This document shows positions 1 to 13,834 of a DNA stretch of 64,000 nucleotides, in pieces. The stretch covers positions 5,382 through 69,381 of the forward strand of contig NW_027437472.1 in the NCBI RefSeq assembly GCF_964204645.1, written 5' to 3'. A model generated the notes under the pieces. It saw only the letters and a list, made by a program, of their open reading frames with translations, had not been told where the DNA came from and did not search any database. This stretch comes from Tubulanus polymorphus (taxonomy: Eukaryota; Animalia; Nemertea). How positions within the stretch are numbered: position 1 is the stretch's first letter; each line of letters starts with the position of its first letter. Both the position numbers and the translations under genes were made by a program.

Positions 1-212
1 TGAGGAGGCGATGCCACGCGCGTGACCTGACCCATCCAGTCGCGCAGTCGAGAAGCCAGTCGCCCCCGGGCTTAGTCAATACCGAATAAATACCTGCAAG
101 AACGTCGTCCATTCGCTTACAGCACCTCCCCGGTATTAGCAATTACCATACCATTCACCAGCAGTCTTTTTACATTAGAAAGCCTTCCACATCTCACCCG
201 TCATCAACACTA
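1..212 (-). other. Probable exon (5'-UTR and possibly CDS start) of an unidentified minus-strand gene continuing beyond the left edge
   Basis: Acceptor TATTTCAG|TAGT at 213-215 (minus), followed by a GC-rich exon-like segment. Two frames stay open to the window edge: ATG at 112 (MDDVLAGIYSVLTKPGGDWLLDCATGWVRSRAWHRLL) and ATG at 35 (MGQVTRVASPP). Neither is recognised. Confidence 0.4.
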
Positions 213-1355
213 CTGAAATATATCAAAATCTATTTATATATATATATAAACGACAACTTCGATTAAGAATATCAATGACAATACCAAATTCTGAAAATGT
301 TCCTATTTAAGAGCAAAACAGCATCCATCATTTGATAAACTTGCTTAATACCGATATTGCTACAACGTTTACCGAGCAATACCAACAGAAAAACTTATTT
401 GTTATCATAAAATATCGCGTAGGCTTACAACATAGCCAATCACCAGTGTTCAGATACAATACGAACTGCTTATCTTTACCTAAATCCACAGTACAAGCGA
501 GCGCACAGGAGATACAAGACCAAATACGGGCGATTCATCGATACAGGTGTTGTCGCCAATGCCCAATACGGGGATCGGCCAATGATGTACAATTGGTATA
601 GCTTGCACCTGTAGTTTACGTATACACTCAGGGGAATAAAACATTATCGATCGAAAGGAATTGTTCAAATTGCGTCCACCTGGAGTTGTAAAGCTTCATA
701 TGCCATGTTAGATTATATTTCATACTGGGGGAAAAAATCAAACACACCTATACAACTATATCTATACGTGTACATTGTGCGCACTATGCGTGCATGAGAT
801 GAATGGCCGTGTAGGCAGAAAGGAAACCTTATTGATAATATCAAAATAAAACGGTCGAACAACCATCAGATTATCGGTGTATGCATATTAATGACAAATA
901 TCAATGAAATATTTATTTAGCTCGGATGCATGTCCCCGCGGAAGACCAAGAATTTTCAAATATGACTCATAGCACGATGCTCCTGGCTTTCGCTTGTTAC
1001 GAAATAATCGAAGTATTCTCGTAGAAATGTCTTCATGTCTACCCTATCCTGTCTTGCTTAGAAATGTGAAATAAGTCCAGTCTATACAGAATAGGCTACA
1101 GTCCATTCATATTCCGGAGACTTGGTTTATGTGAATATTTTTCATTTTCTCAAGGAATATTTTTCATTCTGAATCAATGATATCGGTTATTTCAACTAGA
1201 AGCTGTTGTCCGCGTTTCAGATCAAATTTACACTTGCGAGATGAATCAAATTACATAGTGTTTTGCGTGCATACCATCTGTGGTTGGTAGGTATATGAGG
1301 GTTTATGTATGAGATACGATGTCTGTACCTCACAGTCCTCAAATATATGGAACGA

Positions 1356-1490
1356 CCTGGGGCCAGTTGCTCAAAGGTTGGTTAGAGTTAACCAGTGGAT
1401 AGTTGACATAGTGACAATTAAAAGTTCATTGTTACTACGGCATCTATCCACTGGTTATCTTCAACCAACTTTTGAGCAACTGACTCCAGG
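1356..1490. mobile_element. MITE (PIF/Harbinger-like termini), ~135 bp
   Basis: Long imperfect terminal inverted repeats CTGGGGCCAGTTGCTCAAAGGTTGGTT ... AACCAACTTTTGAGCAACTGACTCCAG; inner arms AACCAGTGGATAG/CTATCCACTGGTT; no coding capacity. Confidence 0.75.
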
Positions 1491-4400
1491 CAGGTGGTAA
1501 AACTGACTAACTAAATATAACGAATTTAATTTTTCAAGGTAAATGTTTTTGTTAAAAAATGAAAAGTAAATGTTGAAACTATTCTGTAATCGATAGTGGG
1601 ACCCTTCAATAACATTTTTCACATCTGCATCTGTATCATACCAGAAGTGTTCGATGTAAATTGTATCGACTACAATACGAAGACTACTAAATCGGTCAGT
1701 TATACTTGATAGCTTTCAAAGTTCAGCAAATACTTTATGGGGAAAAAACACGCCAAACAAACGCAGCGATAAATTAATTAATCAGCACATATGGACGACA
1801 CCCTTCACGCTTTGATTTGCTTAGTATGGATTTATCGGTAAGCACCTGTTTGAGTTTTCTCCTTGTTTTCAAGCAAACTCTATATCTGACAGGTAAATAA
1901 AGCCTCGCGCAGAAACAAGTGCTTCTCGAGAGCTTTGAATAACATTCGTTTCCGATATTTGTCGTCAAACGTGGATTAAAATGTTCCGCTGACAGACGCA
2001 ACATGGTTAAACAAATCGCCTGATCACAACATACAAATTACTACTGAGAACCCAAGTTTTCTCGCAGTTTGGCGATCAGCGCTCGATCAGAGTTGTGAGC
2101 ATCGTAACTGGTACAGGTCTTCTTCTAAAGCTCTTTTACTGGTTTACTTTTATTTGTCCAGAGAATTATCAAAAACAAATTATCAAAGTTTCGATTTCTT
2201 CATATCAAGCAACTCAAAATAGGCAAACTAAGATTCTCTATTTAAGGGTAGAGTTTAACTTCACCAAGGAATTGCTAAATTTCTTGTCTTCCGCATGGAC
2301 ATACCTAACTCTAGCCACGGAAATTGGAAACTACATAATGTGAACACCGCCATATTCTATGAGCTATTGTTTAGGTTCTTCATCAGTTGATATCATCTCT
2401 CCATAATCCACATACTGGCTAATAATGCCGTACAAGCTACAGTGGGTTGATATTCAAAAATGAGCACATTCAATGCATCTTGAAGAAGTATCTATAAAAT
2501 GAGAAAGTAAGGTCACAAGACATATTATGTAGAAGCCATATCATTGTATCTATGCATAATAAGAAAGTGAACATAAGACTAGTGGTCACAGGTGGTACAC
2601 GCGTCTTGGTTTTGTTCCAATCTTTTGAGTAATCTACCTGCAACTGCGACACGTGGTCGCATTTTTCTAAAAAGATAGATATATCTGGCGACACGACGCG
2701 CAAAAAAAAGCTACAAAAGCCGACTCCAAGATGACTCCAGGTATAGGTATTGTTCCCGGCACACTGTGAATGCAATATCGAGCAGAGTAGGTAGCGAATG
2801 GTATTGTCTAAATCGTGGCACGCCTGGTGCCCAGCTTGTTGTACGCTATAGAAAACGTATTGACGATTGCAGACACAGGTGTCATCCGCGAAACCATTCA
2901 ACATGCAACATGCATCATAACAGCTATACTTCTACATACAGATCGAGAATTTTTGTCAGGTCTAACAGCGAAATAAGCTTGACAAAAAAACTCAAATTAT
3001 TACGCACATGAGGGGATTGCTACGGATTGACGTCAAAAATGGAACGTGGGCCATATACTCCGCGAGTATCCCATATAGCCTAGAACAAGTCAATCAAAAA
3101 CTACTCAGATCACGTTAGAAATGAAATGAATAATTAGATAGTTTCCAATTCAAACTTCCTTTTCATTCGGTCATTCACTGTTGACTCTCAACCCTTCCAA
3201 GTATTGAAATTCATTTGAATAATTTTTACAAATTCGCGAAAAGGAATTACATGTCGCATCTTTTCAGCCCATTCGAAATGATTCGAGAATTTTTAATAAC
3301 CACGTTCAGTTGAAACCGTTCTAAATCGTCTATCTGTCATTCGTTCTCAGCCATCATCATCTTTGCCTCGTTCATGTTTGTTTAGATCTTGTCTCGTCGA
3401 GATAATGGAAACGTTTTTGCGCCGACCGACCGCTATTAGACGACGACGCTTTCGAACATCAGCAGCAGAAAATCATCGTCGTCATCATCATCATCATCGT
3501 ACACGACGACAACAGTGCGCGCAACGACGACGACGCCATCGGTTTTGACAAAGATGTTGGGCTAGCACTCGATCTCTCGTCAACGAAACGCATTAAACTT
3601 GAGCGAGATGCAGGAAACCTGCGCAGTTTCTGTGACGTCGAGGGGTTTAAGAGAGGTACCTTTCTAAGTTCGTCGATGACGGCGTCACAGCGCGACAGGA
3701 AACCTGTGCAATCGGTTACTTGTTCAAGTGCTCAACCTTAAGCGTTTAACCCGTTCTACCCCATAGTTAACGCACAGGTCCTAGAAAAAAAATCATTTCC
3801 GATACTTTTATAAAACTATATCTTACTTGAAACCACGGCATTTCTGGTCATGCTGTACAGTCATCGTAAATGGAAATTCTTTGCACAGGTGATTCAACTC
3901 CACGTTTAGGATCAGCAGAAAGCTTTTTTTTCTAAAATACATAAAGGGAAGGATTTTTGCAATCGACTCGCAAATCATGTTCAAACAACAGGTTTTAAAA
4001 CCTGTGATCACTGATCACTATATCGAATTTATCGTATGGTCGTATCGATCAAATTTAACATTTACTGGAAATTTAACAGTATAAGACTCAATGATTGAAA
4101 AAGTAACAGATGTTCAATTGCTACGATTAAAGAAGCCTCTGAAATTAGTTTGTATCCCAATGAAATTCTATGGGTTGAGAGGCTACCTAGACACTTTATT
4201 ATTGAATAGCTGAAATATTTAGGCATCAGATGATGGAAAAGCGACATTGACTCATTTCGAGGATAGTGGGGAATTCGCGCCGACGTGAAGGGGTTAACGC
4301 AGAAGACGTAGGCGAGTGACTTGATCTTTTCGCGCCGGTTCCGGTGTTCTTACTTAACACTGTTCATTTCTACCGTCACTAGGGCCATTCATGTGACAAC

Positions 4401-7400
4401 AAACGTTTAAAAGCCTGCACGCATCGGAAAACTTTCTACCTCCGCAGGAAGCTGTTCATAATCATAATTCGCGACGGCGTTTTTATTAGAGAGCGACACT
4501 AAGTTTCGCGCGGCGGCGTCAACGAGAGAAGAAGAAGTCGACGACAAGCGATGCAGGAAATTTGTATAATTATCGAACGATTCGAAAAGATTTTCAGGCG
4601 TTTTTTTTCACGAGATCTCGCTCATCTGACAGGAAATACGAAGAGAAATCAAACAACCGAGCGCTTGATGGTTTGATATACGTTTAAGTACAAAAGTTAT
4701 TGCTGAAAAAGCTCTCAACAACTCAATCCCATGGCTTAAGCAAACATGACCCCTATGTAAGGGTGTATATATATTGAAATTTCCTGGCCTTATTACGATA
4801 AAACAATTTATGAAGCAATTTCTATGGACTCGTATGACTATGAATCCACTGAATCACAACGTCATGTGGTTACAGCCTGATTGTAGAGGTGTTTAAGGAT
4901 TCTATCTGAATGATTTGCTTAGGTAAATCAATGATTTGTGAAAAAGCCCGGTCGAATTCGGAGGCATAGATCATAAAAACTTAGATTAATTATCTTAAGT
5001 AGTTATGACGAAAGCAGTATCAATCAATGGGAGGTACACGCGAACTGACAGTCGCACAATACGACGTGAAAACTGATTAAACAGACCATTTAAAAAGTCA
5101 AATACAGGAAATTAAAACATCTTTGAAATTGTTAACATCAATTCTAATATCGATTGACATAGAACAGTTGTCAGCATTGAAGAACTGAAGACAACATATT
5201 GCGTTTTTAAGAGGAATGAACTCCAATGACGCAACAAACTAAAACGTTTCAGAGTTTTAGAGTCCATGAAAAAACTAAGAGCCTAACAACATGACTTAAA
5301 ACTTCCAAATGATGCGGAATTCCATGATGGTAGTTTTTAGTTTACACATGTAGGCTAGAAATTAGAACATTGCCAAAAGAGCCAAAACCAGGGCCGCTGA
5401 TGTAGCCACCTACTATGCGTGTATTGAAGGCAAAGTTCGATTGATTCTGTCAAAGTTAAGCTTTGTGTATGGATTGAAATATATTTTGTGCTTATAGTTT
5501 ATACGAATTAAGTTCATGGTAAAAAGTTTTCAAGGCCAACCCTATTGGATGCATGCATGAAAAGAAAAACTATGGAATCTAACTTTCTTGTTGAACAGGG
5601 CTGCCAACCTCTGCAAAGTGCTATCAGTAACGAATCGAATTTTTTCAATAACATTCCATTGAAATATTGAAGAAAACGTTCAAATTAATCAGTAATCAAT
5701 AGTAAGACCCTCAGTACACATGAAATCAGTATTCTTCGTTATAAAACAGTAACAAATACCGAAAATCAGGAACAATTGGCTCTACGAACTCTCGGGCTGA
5801 CGAGTCAGACCTGACGTATCTCTATAAAAAACACCATCTCACACATGGCTACCTGTCGACCCGACGTAGAAAGCAAGACAATATCAAACGCATAACACGG
5901 CGGAAAGTGGCAGTAGGGGAGAAACGAGAGAATCGGGCGACGTTCATCTCTGATTTCGACATCATCCGTCGAGTATTGAAACGGTAAGAGATTTGATTGC
6001 GTTTCGTCAAGTGTGATATTATTCCGCGTCCGAAACGACTGATCAATGAATTCTGCCGAACGAAACCGAACGCACGACCGGTCACACGTAAAATCAGCAA
6101 TCCGAGGTATCCGTGTTTTACCTGGCAGCACAATCGTATTACCTCATCAAACTAAACAAGGGAGTAATCTCGATTCAATCGACATCGTCGCCACGCGTAC
6201 GCACGAGATACTCGGACTGACTTCACCTTTATAGCGATATATTCGCTTACTGACTCATCGCCGAATATCCAACCTTCGGATCGATGGTTCTTTTCGCAAA
6301 GCGCAAAACCTCGGTGATATCATTCCGAAATATCTTCACATTCTCGGAACTATGTTTTCAAAAGAATGAGAATAGAAATCATAATAAGGAGCTGAATATG
6401 AGTTTTGGAAAATATCAACGTCATTGTCGATTTTGAATTTTTTGATTTCGAAGCGAGTCGAGACTGAGGATAAAACCAGATTCGAGCTCATTTTGGTCCT
6501 TTCAACCAATTACACAGACAGATGAAACATGTGAGATGAAACAAGACGTTGCCAGATCAGTCTCAGCATTTTTAAGCACTAAATTCTTAACTAGAAAGTC
6601 AGGCATTTGAGTAAACGCGAGATTTACAGACTTGAGTAAGGAATATATTCCTACACCGAGAGGTGATCATTTGGCCGTTAATGACGTACCCTTTTATTGA
6701 GTCGATATTATGTTATCTCGTGCACGGCAGTTCTACCTTCATACGAGAAATCTAATAAACTTCCATCGCCGGCCTGAGTGACCAGGTAATCAGGCATACT
6801 CGGCCATCATATCAGGACATTGGCAATCACACGGCAACTGCTGACCGCTGCCTCCTATTTCGGTACTCAGGTACATGCGTACATACACGAATATTCAATA
6901 CTGCGAATTCTCTACACAGCAGTTTCGTGACCAGTAATATCCAGGACAATACGTTCCTGAAATATACTTCCCGATGTACAAGACATTAAGACAGACATTG
7001 AAAAGCTGAATATCTCAAAAAGATATCCTAACAATACTGAATGATTATAACGTATCAACTGATATATTCTCAGCGAATTATCTGGATAATTCTTGAAACT
7101 GGCCCAAAAATGAACTTGTGGGGTTTTAAGTTATTACTGAATGAGCATGTTTGTGTCACGAACAAATTAATCAAGCGCGTATAACTCATATTAGAGTTCA
7201 GGAATTCTGGTCACCGTTTATTCGCGAATATCTGAAGCACCCGAAGTTTCAGGGCCCTTACTACATCAAGTAAATGGCCCACAACATCTATAGCCATGGA
7301 TCGATCGCTGATAGATGTGTTATCCTGCCGTAATACACGAACAAAGAACTAGAGGGAACGACATATTATTTCATCACAATGAAACTATAATTGTCACGAA

Positions 7401-9481
7401 GCTGAAGAAATACTGCAACGTTCAGGTGCATCTAGAAATCAAGTCAAAATCGGCGCAGGCTAGCAGGTGTTTCCATTTTGTACGCCGCCGAGGAACAGGT
7501 AGTTTTATCGACAGTGACAGCTGCGTAAGAGAGAGAGAGAGTAAGTGGGGAATACGCTGGATGTACCAGCAACGATAACAATCTCTGGCTACTGGCATTC
7601 AAATGTGATTTGAAACCTTACCCCACTCCCGTATAAGACATTCAAATCTTGACAATCACTAATCGAAAACGTCATATCAAAATTTCTAATTGATCCAGTA
7701 TATTTAAGGTTATGAGCTTCATTAGCCCTTATATCAATCAGTTTTCTCAAAGTAGCCTTTTATATTGAGAACTTAAGAATGAATGTCGAGATTCCCAGCA
7801 CTCATCCAGTCAAATTTTGACGCTATTTATTCGTATATGAAGCTTCCACTATTTTCAAGCTTCCACTGATGCGTAATGTATTTCAGTAGTGACTGATGAA
7901 TAGGGAGGCAATTATTAGAAAAACAACAACATTACTATATACCTCTCCAGATTTGATCATATTACTAATTTTCTACGATGTTTGCCAGGTTTTTGGTAAA
8001 ATTTGACAAAATTCCCCAAAATTTCCCAGATTATTTTGAGATTTATCTGATTCCCTGAGCTTTACATGTTTTCCAGAACAGTGGCCACCCTGGTTTAGAA
8101 AGGCGGACCAACATATGTAGGACACTTTTAAGGACACTCATTAGCAGCACCCGGACGAAGCGTCAATATTCTTGGGCTATCTCAGAACATCTAGGAGTCC
8201 TGATGGGTTCAAGAGGGGACCAAGGCCCTCTTGAATCCGTCCTTAGAACTAATAATTCAAAATCTGTTCAGTTTCTAAATACAGATCAGATATTTAATTG
8301 TAGAAAAGTGTTTATTGGCTATCGGTGAATAAATCAATTAGAAACTCTATTCCACGTAGTGTATTCCAGTGTAAAACCTTTGAGATGACCTGCAGTCGAT
8401 GTTTTTAACCGAGCAGCTGTCTTTAATGAAATGTCAGTCAGGTTTTAATTGGTTCAGGTGGAATCAACGACATATTTTTAACTTCGACAAACGGCACTGA
8501 TTGCTATATAGTACCCGGACGTGTCATCCGTCGCTGGATCGATTCATTTCATTTTTAACTGTTCGTAACGCATCGTTTTTAAGAATTTTTAAAGAAATTT
8601 GAAAATCACCTCTTAACATACGTATGACTGATGTGTTCACCAAACATTTTGAAAATAAACCCATCTTCGACGCGTGCATTGTTCACTTGACAACCTGAAA
8701 AACGAAATAGCAAATGGATAAGTGTGCATATCATTGTAAGAAAAAAATAATAAGCTGAAGAAATCTTTACTTTGAAGCTTTACTGTGGGGTTTAGGTATA
8801 ATCTATTGTGTTCGCTGTTGACGTTAGTTCAGTTGAATATAACCATGTGGCAGCACTGCGTAGTGAATACCAGTGCAAATAGTGTATGTGTTAATATCAT
8901 TCATAATTGGTAAAAAACTGCTCTTCCAATTTCAGCCCTAGTTATTTCGATATCAAATAGGACTTCAGTATTATCAAATACAGTTGTTGAATCGATTGTT
9001 GAGTAATCAGGGCCGTTCATAGCATCCAACTTTTGGGGGAGGGGGAGTGGACAGAGAAACCCAAAACAGGGCAGTTGGATACAACAATATTTGCAAAAAG
9101 GGCACTTCCCCTGCTAGGCCTTTTTTTAAAATTCCCTGGAGCACAGATCCGCCGCCGTTATTTGGGTCATTTTGGTAATTGGGAAATTTTTCTTTTTAAT
9201 TTTTAATTCCGTCGACCTTTTTAAAAAATCCATGCTCCAACTAATTTAAAAAAAGGCCCTATATGCAGCCCTGGTAATAGATAATGTACAAAACAATTTT
9301 GTGACAAGTTCAAACAATTTCCAATAACTTTTAGTCTAATGCAATATTGAGCCAATTTCACAAACTACAGCCTTACAACCTCTCGGCAAAGTCAACTGTA
9401 AGTTAACTGTACTTTTCTTCTTCTTAAACCTACATTAAAAACATAATCTTATTCCTAAGCCAGAATCGAGGAAACACTCAC

Positions 9482-9881
9482 TTCTCTAGAGTGCGAGATA
9501 TCGTTCATCTTGGTCGAGATGGTATCTACGTCGTTCTTGGATCAGCAGAAAAATCTCATAGTCTCGTAGACGTTACTCATTCATGTGATTTCGTACGGTT
9601 GACATTTACGAGCGTACACGATGATCTGCGCGGTCACCGCGGCATCATATTCTCGAAGTTACCTGATCCCCGGGGAGAATTAAGACAATTCCGAGCCGTT
9701 CTCTTTATCTTGATCAATTTACTGCTGGATTGTTGGAGATTAGAGGTAATAACGGAATTTCCACGTATCTCGACGACAACAACGGCCGACTACGGCCTTC
9801 GAGCCGTAATGCTTCATGGTCGCGCCTAATCCAGAGTATCTCTTCACCGAATAAGGGCTATCAGTCTTGAGGAAAAAGTCT
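9482..9881 (-). other. Probable 400-nt 5'-UTR exon containing several short upstream ORFs
   Basis: Acceptor TTCTCATTACAG| at 9882-9884 and donor |GTGAGT at 9481. The exon is richer in CpG than its flanks and has stops in all three minus-strand frames. Confidence 0.5.
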
Positions 9882-9960
9882 CTGTAATGAGAAAACTTAT
9901 TCATTCACTCATTTGATCAGGAAGAATGGGAAAAATACCTTAACTTTTTAACTACTGAAT

Positions 9961-10177
9961 CAGAAGCGGATCTAGGTCTGATTCAGGGAGGGGTGCAGTG
10001 GTGCACCCCAAAATAGGGCGTATCATATAATTAAAAGGGCGCCCCAAAAGAAAGCTCATCAGAAAACATCACCTCATTTTTTAAAAAATATATATTGAGA
10101 AGCTTATGAATCTAAAATTTAGGTGTCAATTTGATATTTTTAATAACCCCGTGCACCCCCCTTGGATCCACCCCTCT
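9961..10177. mobile_element. Degenerate MITE (CAG..GCGGATCTAG / GGATCCACCCCT-type ends, hAT-like)
   Basis: Imperfect inverted ends with inner GGGGTGCA/TGCACCCC arms; TSD not clear. Confidence 0.45.
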
Positions 10178-11242
10178 GAATGAAATACATGTAGATGACA
10201 AAAGTTCCTCTTCTACATTGGGTACAAATTATTCTAGTGGCTGGAACCCGACTATCATCTGATAATGCTGTACATATATAGATAAAATTTGACATCAGGG
10301 TTTCGCCTATAAATGCATATGAAATGATGGTGTTTCAAATGCTGTGATCAAAATTTCAGTGAAATTCATGATAAAACAAAATTCTAGTTTCTGAGAGTAA
10401 AAAAGCTGCATTAATGATTTCAACAACAATCTAGTATTTAACAATTAACACGTTCCAAAACTTTCAACATTTGATGTAGGGTACATGTAAATATTGAAAA
10501 AAAGAACATGTTCAAGTTGAGAAAAACAATTGGCAATTTATACATGTAATACCGATTCATAAAAAACTGTCCATATCGACTTAAAGCAGAAAGCATCGAG
10601 CTTAAGTGGCCAGGTTGGTTTCCGGAATCTGGCGGTCGTAAATGACAGCCGGTTTCCTGTCCAGCATTAGAAACAAGGCAATTAGGATCACCTTCATCAA
10701 TACCTCCCCTTCTTAACGATCGTTTCTCATTATCGATGGCTATAAAACAAAGACTCAACCAGAATAACAAGGTGAAAGTTTTATCAGGGCTACACGGCGA
10801 TGTGTATTGATGCATTGAGACAAGGTCGCACAATTTGATTTTCAAACCTCGGACTGTTGAGTAGCGGTGATTCAAGATCACCTCTTGTCAAAGTACGCAA
10901 GAAAAAGCCACCCTCCGTAAAAAGGAAGTTCAAAAAGGATCATTAAACAGTCCGAGAAAGAAGTAGGTGCTGACCAAGAATGAAGTACTGTCAGTAAAGT
11001 CAGAGAAAGGACTCAAAAAGAATCAATGATCAGCAACTCAAAAGACCAGGAGGGTATGGCGACTAAAAGGTCCTAACAAACGCTCTGTAAATTGGCTTGT
11101 TACTCGAATGTTGACGGATCAATATCGCCCATCAAGCCATGATTGTTTGTCAGCGGAATAATGCAGATTTTGCACGTCTGTTCCGATTGCTGAAACTGAA
11201 CGCCGCGATGTCATCCTATTGTCTTCTCGATAACGAAGTTAC

Positions 11243-11670
11243 CTGAGCGCGACGTCGAATCGCGAGCAAAACGACGACGACTCTTCGCGCGTTGCGACCA
11301 ATTTTCGTTTCCTTCGCGACGACGCTGATTCGATTTATACTTTCCTAACGATTCGAATTCTGCGCGTAACGCGTAATTCTATTACGCGAATAACGGCAGG
11401 TAGAAAAATTCACACTCGGCTACTTAACGCCGTAAACTCAATTGGACGACGTCGTGAATGCGAAAGGTAGAAATAATTATCGCCGAGGTGGAATTCGGAT
11501 CGGCAGGTTCGCGCGCCGGTTTAACAACACGGCAATACGTTATCAATACAGCTGATTGCCACCGTGACAATTGAATTTTACATCGTGGTGAAAGTATAAT
11601 TCTCAATTCACTCATCTTGCCAACGCAACGTGCGCGCGATTCTATAAATGTTTGTTCTTTATCGATACAA
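11243..11670 (-). promoter_or_regulatory. CpG-rich probable first exon/promoter of the left minus-strand gene
   Basis: Donor GCTCAG|GTAACT at 11242; dense CpG over 11240-11640; DRE-type palindrome TATCGATA at 11660-11667. The TSS position is inferred. Confidence 0.45.
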
Positions 11671-12988
11671 GAGAGATTGAGAAATACGCAGCAAAAGAGG
11701 GAGGGGCGACAATCCAGGGTCTAAAATCTGAGGGTCTAATAAATGTAAGAGGTAGGTATGAAAAGAATATCCGTACGGTTTCAAATGGTTTTTGGGATAT
11801 ATCCGGGGGATGAAGTTAACTTTAACGACAACTTGAAAAAAGTGAATACAATTAAGAAGGTTTTAGGGTAAGGCCTATGGAATTAAGGTACCCTGGTATC
11901 AGTTAACCATCACCTATAATTTTTTCAAGGGTTTTTTCATTATTCATTAGGCCTATTCATTATTTTAAGTCACAAAATAAGCAACGCCAAAAAGCTTAAT
12001 GTCCAATGATAAATCAGCTCTAAAAGCTGGAAAAAGCTTCAATTTATGTTCGATAGATGGCGCTAGTGGTAGCTCAGCTGTCAAAATAACTTTGCTGACA
12101 AGGCAGTCACATTCCAATAATAAGCCTAATCCCTAAATATCAGGACATAAACGTACCTAGAAGTTCTGGACCATATACAAACCAGGCCCAACACACCCCC
12201 CTTGGGTATGAACGCACACAAAGATACACAAAGATACTGTGCTCCATTATTTTTGTTAAAGAAAATTTAGTAGATTACGCATTGTGTTTCAATGACTTTG
12301 TCTTATGAAATATTCACTGATATCGGCTGGATATGTCTCTAAAACGTGTTAAATTTTCAGAATCTTTTGGAGGGAGGAACCCTAAACCCTTCGCGCAGGT
12401 AAGCTTTGCACCCGTGGTGCTTGCTCTGATGCCGTCGTCAAATAGGCCTAGGGCCGAAGTTCCGCCATATCTCAATAATTTGCACCCACCCAAAAGTGGA
12501 GTCTGGGTAAGGGCCTGCAAACTAACGTTTAATAGATATCGGGTCCGTAAGTTCAGGAGAGTTGTAGGCCTAGTGTGAGAGTGGCATGCATCGATAGCGG
12601 GTTACATAAAAAAGAGGGTTTTTAAAACGTAAGTGCGTCGTGTCTTCGGTGTTGGAAGAGACTTTTTAAAATTAAGGTGTACACGTCAGGCGCACGTAGG
12701 CTAACCAGCGGGGGTACCACAGGGGCTACAGTTCACCCCCAAACTTCAAATACGAGCCCATGTGGCATACAATGGTCTCGGGCAGTCTGTTTAATACATT
12801 ACAAAAGAAACTTGCGCTCTGGTGGTTGTGACTCGCTGGGGCTGGGGTTGGGTTGAGGCTGTGGTAATCGTTCAAATGATTAGACTGGTTCCCAAGTAAT
12901 CAGTCTATCAAATGATATACGTGATGGTGCGGCGTTCGAATCCAAGATATTTCATTTTGTGAACAACGGCTGCGAGTTACCCGGTTAG

Positions 12989-13647
12989 CGGTAAATAGAT
13001 CCCCTGAGTAAAAATCCCCTTGGTAAAAATTCCCTAGGTAAAAATCCCCTCGGTAAAAATCCCCAATACTTCAGTAAAAATCCCCCTCCTTTTGAATGGA
13101 TTGTAAGTTATTATTGATACATACCGTAGGCCTATATCCAATGTATTCATATTTTACTGTGGAAGGATATCATGAGCATAACTATAGTATTTTGGAATTA
13201 AAACATACCACAAATTAACAGTTCATTAATATACTTAATTAGTACAAGTTATCGCTTAATGAAAGGGTTCATCGCACATTTCAAATATATCACACTAGCT
13301 TGAATCTAAAATATTTCAAATTTATTATTTCTAATAATTAATGGCATCGCACAGCTGAAATATACCGTTAACAAGAGTTCACAGTCCAAAAATATTCCAG
13401 TTCGAATTTTAAGATATTACAAATAAAGTTCATTATTCTTATCAATTCTAACAATTTTCTATATTCTAAGAGTTTATTTAAGAATCGCAACGAAAGATGT
13501 CATCGCACAGTTCAAACATATTTCAGTCTCATTGCGAATGAATGGAATTGGAGAAACATCTTGCTTTCAAATGTTCTTGAAAATCACCCCAAGTTGGGGA
13601 TTTTTACCTACTTTGAATATTTGGGGATTTCTACGGGATTTTTGCCG
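12989..13647. mobile_element. Non-autonomous element with inverted subterminal GTAAAAATCCCC repeats
   Basis: Five tandem GTAAAAAT(C/T)CCC units at 13008-13087 and reverse-complement GGGGATTT(T/C)TAC units at 13596-13640; ends CGGTAAA ... TTTGCCG; CTAACCCTAA-like tract just downstream. Confidence 0.5.
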
Positions 13648-13834
13648 TTTTCATTCAGAATCAATAATGTATGATATGAGGTCTCCAAACCTAACTCTAA
13701 TCCTAACCCTAAACTGAGGTATGGAATCAACAATATTGGATTTGTAACAATGGCATAGTTCATTGGTCTTTATTCGATTAATCTTACAAATAGTGATTCA
13801 TTTTATATTTCCTGAGAGTGAAAATGATTTTTTG

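Noticed and set aside
3363-3548. His/Arg-rich 61-aa ORF
   Set aside because: Produced by (CAT)n/(CGA)n microsatellites; no ATG start or splice support.
10438-10881. 147-aa minus-strand ORF
   Set aside because: Non-ATG start, no domain, low-complexity AT-rich tail; lies in a probable intron.
12052-12069. CTCF-like TAGATGGCGCTAGTGG motif
   Set aside because: Single short match in repeat-like DNA; this motif is common inside invertebrate non-autonomous elements.
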